From IMG/VR virus record IMGVR_UViG_3300032246_000346, positions 1,823 to 65,822 of that record: a stretch of 64,000 bases of DNA; one strand, given 5' to 3'. The position numbers and the translations under genes are program-made. This DNA comes from a virus. Taxonomy: Duplodnaviria; Caudoviricetes. Numbering within the stretch: the first letter of the stretch is position 1; the number at the start of each line of letters is the position of its first letter. Shown one piece after another: positions 48,212 to 55,608 of the stretch. The notes under the pieces were generated by a model. That model searched no databases. It saw only the letters and a program-made list of their open reading frames with translations, and had not been told where the DNA came from.

Positions 48212-48465
48212 TTGCAATTCCACCTTTTTAAACTTGCAGCTTTTCTTGTAGGACGCCCTTTTTCGTCTTTCATTGGACCTGGCATTCCTGACATTCTAGC
48301 ACAAAAAGACTTTTTACGAGGTCCACCTTGTGGTTGAGGGGCTTTTAAATGACTACCTGTAGCTGCGTTATATTTGGCACGACCCTTAGCAGTAAGTCCT
48401 GCTCCCTTAGATACTGGGAGCTTTTCACCACGTCCGACAGCTAAGGATACGCCTTTCTTAGCCAT
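48208..48465 (-). CDS. DUF6321-like small basic protein
   Basis: GLTAKGRAKYN..TGS.LKAP...RKKSFCARM.G...W.C. Confidence 0.7.
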   Translation of the reverse strand: MAKKGVSLAVGRGEKLPVSKGAGLTAKGRAKYNAATGSHLKAPQPQGGPRKKSFCARMSGMPGPMKDEKGRPTRKAASLKRWNCK

Positions 48466-51074
48466 TATGCTTGAGCTTCTTTCCAGCTTAGACGTGCTAA
48501 GATAGTTGAAGAAGTACTTGTTAATGGGGTTGCTACTACGTATAGAATATCTGGACCATCAGGATAGAACCCAGCTTGCGATATTGGAACTGTATTAGAT
48601 GTACCACCACCTAAGATTGAGTTACCTAAGTCACGTACTTGAGATAAATCTAGTGTTGTTTGACCAGAAGTATTTGTATACGCTGCAGCTACTGATTCAC
48701 CACCTGTAACTGTTACTGCATTTGTGTTTGTAGCAACTTGAGCTAATGATGATGTAATACCGTTAGCTTGTTGAACTGGAGCTACGAAAGAACCTGTTGT
48801 AGCACCACTTGCATAACCATTAAGAATCAAGTTAATTAAATAACCTGTACCTGTAGTATATAAACCTAACTCAGTTAATTGTAATTGCATACGATTGATA
48901 ATCTCTTTAGAACCTAATAAACCGGTTGTACCATTATCAACTGCAGGAGCAACACGAATCGCTAATAACACAATTGGATTTGTATTAGTAGTTGTTACAA
49001 CTGATGTTGTACCATAGTTAAAAATAAGTGATTTATCATCATTGAACTGACCATCCATAATTACAGATGAACCCCAGTGTGATAACGAAGCTACTGTATC
49101 AGGTACAGCTAACTCAACACTAATTGGAGCAGATGCAGAGTATGTAAATAATTGAGAACTACCAGCACCGCCTGTTTGAGCACGTCCCTGTACAGTCAAT
49201 GTTGTTGATGTTTTAGCTGAGTAACTAATATACTCTACAACACCTGAAGTACCTGCTGCTGTAACTTTAACAGTACCAGATGAAGGAAACTTAGATGTAT
49301 CTGCTACGTTAATTGTACCGCCAACGGTTGTTCCCATTGTTAGAGTAGATGTTAATGTTGTTGCTGGAGATAAGCCACTTGATTCATAATGCGCTGACAT
49401 ATTACCTGAACGCATGTATGCTTCAAATCTTTGGTTATTGTTAGTTTGTTGATATACATAAGTAATTTGACCTTTAGATGTTCTTAAACCCCATCTAATA
49501 AAGCCAGCACCGTACCATGAATAATCGATATACCACATTTGCATACGAGTTAAATCAAGGTTATAACCTGAAGGACCTGTACCATCTAATGGATCAGACC
49601 ATGATGATTGTGGAACTTTAGTATCAACTGTTTTAGATACAATTGCATTAGAAATAGTAGTACCACGATATTCAGGACTAATAAATAGTGATGTATCACT
49701 AGCAATAGTTAGAACTCTGTATGATTGACCTCGGATAACAATAAAGTCACCTGGTATCAATTGACTACTAAATAATGTTCCTGTACCTGTAACTGTGCCA
49801 GAACCTTGTGTTACTGCAACGGATCCGTTAATTTGTTGTACGCTATTACGCCATACTGCATATAATGTTTGGCCATCATATTCGAAAAACATACCATTTT
49901 GTTGGTCGTAAAAACCAACTCTGTTTTGTGAACCATACCAACTTGTAGGACATACTTTAACAAATCCAGTAGCTGTAGCTGCTGAAGGAGTACTATTTGC
50001 TGTATACGTTAACGTTGTTGCTGTTGGAGCTGTTGCAATAGTGAAGTTACCATTATATGCGGTTTGGTCTGCACCTGATACTTGAATTATAGTACCTGCT
50101 ACTAGATTATGTGCATACTTAGTTGTTACTGTTACAGTGGTTCCAGCTGAGGTTACTGATGTTACAAATAATGCTGGTTTTAATGACGTACCTGTAGAAA
50201 ACTGAATACCTTTACCTGATTGATAACGGAAGTATCTACGTGTTTGTCTAATTAATTGTTGATTAGGTATTGCTGCGCCAGCTGAGAATGCTACACCACC
50301 ATCAAATGATCTTGGTTCTACATATCCTGCAGGACGTGCATATAAAAATGTATTACCAGCAGCGTTGGTTGGAGAACCTGAAGCGCCAGCTGTTGTATAT
50401 GTAAATGTACTAGCTGTAGGCACTGTAGCAACAATAAATGCCCCCATAACTGCAACTGGGGAACCACCTAAACCTTTAACATATATTAAACTACCTTTAG
50501 ATAGACCATGAGGTCCTGTAGTTGTTACTGTAATTGTAGTACCGCTTGTTACTGTAAAAGCATTTGAACCTACTGCAATACCACAACCTGAATAGAAGTA
50601 TCCTTGATATACATATGTCAAAGCAGCACTATATTTTTCACCAGCAGCTGCAGCTGTAGTAGGAATTACTGTAAATGTTGTACCAGCAGAAACGCCAGTA
50701 TCTGTATACCACCAACCGTTTGCATTAGAATCAGTTGAATTTTGAATATAAATTGGTGTACTAGCAGCGATAGTAATTGCAGATGCCACTGTGATTGTAA
50801 GTGTTGTAGTACCTGTAATACTTGTTACGTTTAATGGTTGTTGAGCAATATAATATACACTTTGTCTACTATTTTGAAGTGCAATAGTTTCCCATTTAGT
50901 AGGTTGTGTACCATACTCAAAGTCTGTATCAATTAAAGCTTGTGGTTGGGAAACACGGAACTTTCCCACTGGGTCTTGTGCTTGTGGTCCGGGAGTAATA
51001 TAAGCAGTGTTATTTGTTCCCGTCCATGGCATAGACTTATTATTATTTCCGTCAACTAAGGTCCATCCTGACAT
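48465..51074 (-). CDS. Large virion (head fibre/tail-associated) protein with repeated beta-domains
   Basis: RVS.PQ.LIDTDFEYG.Q..KW, RQTRRYFRYQSGK, repeated TVTT...H.L..G..I.V.G......NG.F.V modules. Confidence 0.7.
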   Translation of the reverse strand: MSGWTLVDGNNNKSMPWTGTNNTAYITPGPQAQDPVGKFRVSQPQALIDTDFEYGTQPTKWETIALQNSRQSVYYIAQQPLNVTSITGTTTLTITVASAITIAASTPIYIQNSTDSNANGWWYTDTGVSAGTTFTVIPTTAAAAGEKYSAALTYVYQGYFYSGCGIAVGSNAFTVTSGTTITVTTTGPHGLSKGSLIYVKGLGGSPVAVMGAFIVATVPTASTFTYTTAGASGSPTNAAGNTFLYARPAGYVEPRSFDGGVAFSAGAAIPNQQLIRQTRRYFRYQSGKGIQFSTGTSLKPALFVTSVTSAGTTVTVTTKYAHNLVAGTIIQVSGADQTAYNGNFTIATAPTATTLTYTANSTPSAATATGFVKVCPTSWYGSQNRVGFYDQQNGMFFEYDGQTLYAVWRNSVQQINGSVAVTQGSGTVTGTGTLFSSQLIPGDFIVIRGQSYRVLTIASDTSLFISPEYRGTTISNAIVSKTVDTKVPQSSWSDPLDGTGPSGYNLDLTRMQMWYIDYSWYGAGFIRWGLRTSKGQITYVYQQTNNNQRFEAYMRSGNMSAHYESSGLSPATTLTSTLTMGTTVGGTINVADTSKFPSSGTVKVTAAGTSGVVEYISYSAKTSTTLTVQGRAQTGGAGSSQLFTYSASAPISVELAVPDTVASLSHWGSSVIMDGQFNDDKSLIFNYGTTSVVTTTNTNPIVLLAIRVAPAVDNGTTGLLGSKEIINRMQLQLTELGLYTTGTGYLINLILNGYASGATTGSFVAPVQQANGITSSLAQVATNTNAVTVTGGESVAAAYTNTSGQTTLDLSQVRDLGNSILGGGTSNTVPISQAGFYPDGPDILYVVATPLTSTSSTILARLSWKEAQA

Positions 51075-51093
51075 ATAAAATCCCTTTACAAAG

Positions 51094-51112
51094 AGGGGGC
51101 TAGGCGCCCCCT
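51094..51112 (-). terminator. GC-rich hairpin (weak terminator or processing site)
   Basis: AGGGGGC-TAGGC-GCCCCCT; short U-tract. Confidence 0.45.
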
Positions 51113-51119
51113 AAGTTAA

Positions 51120-51605
51120 TTATTGTGTACCGAATGATGAGCGATCATCAGGTTGGATGTATAAGACAGTAACAAAACCTGTACCTGCTGTAGGTTGACC
51201 TACTGAAGTAACTGTAGCAACAATTGTAGAAACAGAACTTTGAGTTGTCGTTTGAGCAGATACATCTACTGGAGTAGCTTGCATGTTTGTTAATTGTGTT
51301 GTTGTAAATGTAGGTGTTGTACGACCTGATGTCTTAGCATTTACACCTGATGCATATTCTGTACCACCAGAAGTTTTACCAACTGTTAATGTAGCTGAAG
51401 TAGCTGAATCATATGCAGTGATAATATCAATAACAATGTTAAGAATTTTACAGCCTGATGGGATATAAAATGTAGCATTTTGAGTTAATGTAGCATTAAA
51501 TGTAATAGGCACTTGTTGTGTTAAAACAGTTGTACCTACGTTAAAATATGGAGCATAGCGGTTAGTACCAGATTTAATTGGGCCGCTAAAGGTGGATCTT
51601 GACAT
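51120..51605 (-). CDS. Virion structural protein (M.RSTFSGP..SG family)
   Basis: 161 aa; AAGGA RBS. Confidence 0.7.
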   Translation of the reverse strand: MSRSTFSGPIKSGTNRYAPYFNVGTTVLTQQVPITFNATLTQNATFYIPSGCKILNIVIDIITAYDSATSATLTVGKTSGGTEYASGVNAKTSGRTTPTFTTTQLTNMQATPVDVSAQTTTQSSVSTIVATVTSVGQPTAGTGFVTVLYIQPDDRSSFGTQ

Positions 51606-51630
51606 AATGATGTTCCTTCATAAAAAGTTA

Positions 51631-51687
51631 GGCTTATTAGTCGTTTATGCGTCTTCCGGAAAGTCTAATAAACCGGATTAACCGGAT
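51631..51687 (-). ncRNA. Candidate cis-regulatory pseudoknot leader RNA
   Basis: 10-bp stem GGUUUAUUAG/CUAAUAAGCC whose loop CCGGA can pair with upstream UCCGG; lies between a putative promoter and the RBS. Confidence 0.45.
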
Positions 51688-51693
51688 AAGTGA

Positions 51694-51721
51694 ATAATAC
51701 TACAAAAATATATAAAAGCAA
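51694..51721 (-). promoter_or_regulatory. Putative sigma70 promoter
   Basis: TTGCTT, 16 nt spacer, TATTAT on the - strand. Confidence 0.5.
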
Positions 51722-51733
51722 GTAATTATTATT

Positions 51734-51755
51734 AAAAAAGGGGCCGAAGCCCCTT
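51734..51755 (-). terminator. Rho-independent terminator after pqqA
   Basis: - strand AAGGGGC-TTCG-GCCCC-TTTTTT. Confidence 0.9.
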
Positions 51756-51761
51756 AGTTTA

Positions 51762-51839
51762 TTACTTATTCATAACGTACATAGTTACTTCAAAGCCAAA
51801 TCTCATTTCAGTTGCTGCTGGTTTAGACCATGATTTCAT
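51762..51839 (-). CDS. pqqA: Pyrroloquinoline quinone precursor peptide PqqA (25 aa)
   Basis: Manual translation MKSWSKPAATEMRFGFEVTMYVMNK: W-x-x-P...R-x-GFEVT-x-Y with the E-x3-Y pair; AGGAG RBS upstream. Confidence 0.93.
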   Translation of the reverse strand: MKSWSKPAATEMRFGFEVTMYVMNK

Positions 51840-51922
51840 ATTATTCTCCTAAAATTTATACACACCATGTGTATAGTTGTCAATATATTACTTTTTTGAC
51901 TTTAATTCTTACGTAAAACCAT

Positions 51923-51955
51923 GAAAAAAGGGCCTGCGTTTTAAGCAAGCCCCTT
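51923..51955 (-). terminator. Rho-independent terminator after major capsid gene
   Basis: - strand GGGCTTGC-TTAAAAC-GCAGGCCC-TTTTTT. Confidence 0.8.
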
Positions 51956-51977
51956 AGTAGTACGTAGCAAGGAACGA

Positions 51978-52892
51978 TTAAGCGCCTTGTGAACCCCACA
52001 TACCGAGAGGATCTGACCAACCGAATGAATAACGTTCACGAGCTTTGTAACGTACATTGCCTGTGTCGAAGTCACCATCCATAGAAGTAGTTAATGGTGC
52101 ACGAACAAAGTGTTTAAGTCCGTTAGGTACATCAGTAACTAAGAAGTATGCATTTGTATCAGTCAAGAAGTGATTGATTGCATAACCTTCTGGGATAGAA
52201 CCATTGTTCTTCAATGCATTGATATCGTTGTCAGTAGTACCAACACGAAGTTCAGTTTCGAGCAAACGAGTTGCAACGAATTGTAATGCAGGTGGAACAA
52301 TAAGTTTCTTAGGTTTAGCAGCAATTAAAAGACCACGCTCATCAGTCCAAGCTGCGATTTGAATAACTGCATTTTCCAATGAAGTTTCATTCAAGTCAGC
52401 TGCTGTTGATTGAGTGTTGCTGTTTGTACCGCCAGTAACAAGAGGATGGTTAGTAGCAAACAATGGCACACCGTCACCGCCGTAATAAGCAGCAGAGTTA
52501 GTGAAACCGTTGTTAAGTACGTTTGCAGCCTTAACTTGTTTTGTGTAAGCCATACCGCGAGCAAGTGCTTTAGTGTAGCGTGATGATAAAGTGTCATACA
52601 AGTTATCTTCAATTGCTTCTTCAGTTAAGCTGAAGCCTAAAGCGATTGTTTCGTGGTTGTATCGAGCTGTCCAAGCTTCTTGAGCATTGTCGTAAGCGAT
52701 GGCATTGCCTTCGTTTTTAACAGGTGCTGCAGAGAAACCAGAAAGCTTTGTTTCTTCTTCGAAGCTACGTTCTGAAGTTTCAGTTTCGTAGATTTCTTTG
52801 TGCTCTTCGCCGTAACGTTTGTATTCGAGACCGAATAGCGCATTAAGACCAGGTAAGAGCTCTTTTAGTAGCTGAGCGCGTGAAATAGCCAT
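51978..52892 (-). CDS. Major capsid protein (HK97 fold, Mu gpT-like family)
   Basis: ISRAQL.KEL.PGLNALFG.EY, S.RSFEE, EEAIEDNLY, DFDTGN.RYKARERYSFG.SD; strong RBS. Confidence 0.9.
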   Translation of the reverse strand: MAISRAQLLKELLPGLNALFGLEYKRYGEEHKEIYETETSERSFEEETKLSGFSAAPVKNEGNAIAYDNAQEAWTARYNHETIALGFSLTEEAIEDNLYDTLSSRYTKALARGMAYTKQVKAANVLNNGFTNSAAYYGGDGVPLFATNHPLVTGGTNSNTQSTAADLNETSLENAVIQIAAWTDERGLLIAAKPKKLIVPPALQFVATRLLETELRVGTTDNDINALKNNGSIPEGYAINHFLTDTNAYFLVTDVPNGLKHFVRAPLTTSMDGDFDTGNVRYKARERYSFGWSDPLGMWGSQGA

Positions 52893-52904
52893 GTGTTATT
52901 CTCC

Positions 52905-53507
52905 TTATACACCGGTAGCATTGTAATACGCATGCTGTCCGAAATTAAATTTAACGATACAATCTGTATAAGCATCATTTACTGTCGAGAATGGACCATT
53001 TACAAAGTCAACTAAACGTAAACCAATAGTTGAAGTAGTAGCGCCACCTGAAGCATTTAATGCAACTTTTGAATCGCCTGTTGTTGTTGATCCAGCAGTT
53101 TGAACCACTGGGAAGTTCGCACCCAATGCTGTTTGTGGAACTTGACCATTTGCTTGGATTTGGAACAATGTATCAGGATCATCACACACATAAGCATATG
53201 CATCAGAAGCCACTGTTGAAGCTGGCCAGTATTGATTGTTTAGCTTATATTTCATGTTTGGATCTGTGTAAGTACAACCTAAAAACACACCAACTACACC
53301 GCCTGTTGGGAATGGATCAGCGTTTGAACCTACGTTTGTTACTTTTACAATGGTACCGTTTGTCGCATCAATAGCTACAATATCACCAAAAAAGATGTTT
53401 GTAGCATATCCTGAAGTAATCGCGATTTGACGAGTAGAACCCGCAAATACTTGACCACCGATCAAGTTGATAGGACGAAGACCATATGGGGCAGCTGTTG
53501 TTGCCAT
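52905..53507 (-). CDS. Capsid decoration/minor capsid protein
   Basis: APYGLRP...IFFGD.V...GVF.GC.YTDP...V.DDP..LF.IQ; directly upstream of the MCP gene. Confidence 0.7.
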   Translation of the reverse strand: MATTAAPYGLRPINLIGGQVFAGSTRQIAITSGYATNIFFGDIVAIDATNGTIVKVTNVGSNADPFPTGGVVGVFLGCTYTDPNMKYKLNNQYWPASTVASDAYAYVCDDPDTLFQIQANGQVPQTALGANFPVVQTAGSTTTGDSKVALNASGGATTSTIGLRLVDFVNGPFSTVNDAYTDCIVKFNFGQHAYYNATGV

Positions 53508-53525
53508 ATTATTTCTCCTTTGTTA

Positions 53526-53975
53526 TTATTTACCCTTGCCGAACGAGGTTGTAGATTTTTTATCTGCAAACTTGCCCATGCGAGGATCATTGTCTTTCAT
53601 AAAGCTATTGTCAACGGCATCGGTTTGAGCCTGTGTTTGCTTATTCATATAAGCAGTACGTTGAGCAATAAACTCTTCTGGTATTTTGCATAGTAAAAGA
53701 CCGCCAATTTCAATGCCATCTTTATATTTAGCATTTGGGTCTGATACCATACGAATTTCAGGATGGTCCGCTAACTTAACGGGTTCCCAACCTTCACGCA
53801 TTTTGGAGGAAACATTAAGGTTATCAGCTTGATTGGTTAGACTAACTCGAACCCAACGATATGCCCAACCAGGGACTTTTTTAAACTCAGGAAGTAATGA
53901 TGCTGGGCTCCATGAATCTGCTCGTTGAAATGTATCTTGCGTAGTTAAATCTCTATCTATTCTGTTTTGTTCCAT
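53526..53975 (-). CDS. Conserved head-module protein
   Basis: YRWVR...N......REGWEPV...GGLLLCKIP. Confidence 0.7.
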   Translation of the reverse strand: MEQNRIDRDLTTQDTFQRADSWSPASLLPEFKKVPGWAYRWVRVSLTNQADNLNVSSKMREGWEPVKLADHPEIRMVSDPNAKYKDGIEIGGLLLCKIPEEFIAQRTAYMNKQTQAQTDAVDNSFMKDNDPRMGKFADKKSTTSFGKGK

Positions 53976-54970
53976 TATCTTTTCTCCAATTTTAAAGTTT
54001 CAAGTGCATATTGTTCGGGTGATATACCAAGTTTTTTGGCAAGTGCTGCCGCAGTACTTGTTATCTTGACTTTTTTAGGCGCGGTCGAACGCGAAGCCGA
54101 AGCAACAACAGTTGAAGGTTTAGTAGTGCGCTGAGCGGGTGTTACCTCGTCTAGCGTATCATCCCCAAAGTATTCAGGGAATCGTTTTCGCATCGTATCA
54201 TCAATACGACGATAGTAATTATCAGATGTAGGGTCAATTCCTGACCTAACTAGTTTTTCATGCAGCCCCAAAGCTAAACTAGTCATTTCCTCATCTGAAC
54301 CGAACCATTTATTACTTTTTTGCCAATTTAAGGCTTTATTGTCCGGTTTTGGTACCTGAGGCTGTGTTTGTTGTATATATACCTCATTCTCTTGCTCTTG
54401 TAAAGCATTATTGTATTGAGGTGTATAATTATTAGCTTGTGATAATCTTAATTGAGCATCGTTCATTTTTTGTTGAGCTTCAATTATTCTATCAGTATCG
54501 CCAGAATCATAAGCTTCACGATATTCTCGTTTAGCCATATGTAATTGTTGTTCTACTGCTGATTTAATAGCTTGAATATATTCAACTTCACCAGTACTTA
54601 ATGTAGTTTTGAGTTTTTTATTCTCAATGGCAATTTGTTGAGCATATCTAATAGCTTCTTGTCTTTCACGATCAGCAGCTTCTTTAGCACGTCTTTCGTC
54701 ATGCCAAACTTTTTTCATCTGAGCTAAACGTTGTTTTACTCGTTCTGAATAATCTTCAAGATTATCATTTTCAAGTTCGTCTACTATTTCTTTAGGTAAA
54801 GGATCACGTCCTTTATCTTGCTCAGGAGTATCATCTTCAATCTCAATATCAACTTCTGTTTCCGGAGCTTTTACTTTTACTTCTTTTTCTTCAGTAGTAA
54901 TTTCTACTTTGTTATCAATATCCTCTAATTCTTTAGGGATCTCAAAAACAATTTCTTCTTGTTCAGCCAT
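53975..54970 (-). CDS. Capsid scaffolding protein
   Basis: Acidic coiled coil, W...N.WFG.D..MT, C-terminal AKKLG...EQYA. Confidence 0.7.
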   Translation of the reverse strand: MAEQEEIVFEIPKELEDIDNKVEITTEEKEVKVKAPETEVDIEIEDDTPEQDKGRDPLPKEIVDELENDNLEDYSERVKQRLAQMKKVWHDERRAKEAADRERQEAIRYAQQIAIENKKLKTTLSTGEVEYIQAIKSAVEQQLHMAKREYREAYDSGDTDRIIEAQQKMNDAQLRLSQANNYTPQYNNALQEQENEVYIQQTQPQVPKPDNKALNWQKSNKWFGSDEEMTSLALGLHEKLVRSGIDPTSDNYYRRIDDTMRKRFPEYFGDDTLDEVTPAQRTTKPSTVVASASRSTAPKKVKITSTAAALAKKLGISPEQYALETLKLEKR

Positions 54971-54980
54971 TTAGTTCTCC

Positions 54981-55418
54981 TTATGCGCGTGAATAACCGC
55001 GAGGATCCATTACGATTCCTTCGACAGTATCATCGTTAATAATGCGGAATTCTCTTCCGTGGATTTTAAATCGAGTACCTGCATACGCACGTGTCAAAAT
55101 AAAATCACCCTCTTTACACCATGGACCTGTAGGAAATCTTGTTTCATCCCTATAAGCCATATCTCCTACTTTTAACACAAATAAGATTACTGTTGAATGT
55201 TGCTCAATATTCTTAGTTGCATCAGCCTTTAAAAGGCCGCTTTCATACTTATCACCCATGTCAGGAATTGCACATAGGATTCTGTATCCTTTTGGGTCTG
55301 GTAGTTGCAACCCACGTTCTTCAATAGGAATATCTTCTACATCTACATCATTTACTTTAGGAATGTTTAATGGCATTCCATTTGCCGAAACAAGTCCTTC
55401 ATTTAATGTTTCAATCAT
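54981..55418 (-). CDS. groES: GroES-like co-chaperonin
   Basis: P.GYRIL, SGLL, VLKVG..AY....G.WCKEGD.I...YAG.....G.E.RIINDD.V. Confidence 0.8.
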   Translation of the reverse strand: MIETLNEGLVSANGMPLNIPKVNDVDVEDIPIEERGLQLPDPKGYRILCAIPDMGDKYESGLLKADATKNIEQHSTVILFVLKVGDMAYRDETRFPTGPWCKEGDFILTRAYAGTRFKIHGREFRIINDDTVEGIVMDPRGYSRA

Positions 55419-55605
55419 CTGCTGTCTCCATACGTTTTGCGAGATCTGCAAGCATACTTTGCACAGTGAGTAGACCTCGAATATACCCAGCTGCATTTTG
55501 GTACGAAGCGTAATCTTTCGCTGCTCCGTCTCCCAATCCTTCTAAAACTTGTTTGCGCCTGTCTTCTATCTGAGACATTAATAGTTCAAGCGTTTGGTCA
55601 ATCAT
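55411..55605 (-). CDS. Small head-module protein
   Basis: G.AKDY..Y....G.IRGL. Confidence 0.65.
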   Translation of the reverse strand: MIDQTLELLMSQIEDRRKQVLEGLGDGAAKDYASYQNAAGYIRGLLTVQSMLADLAKRMETADD

Positions 55606-55608
55606 GTA

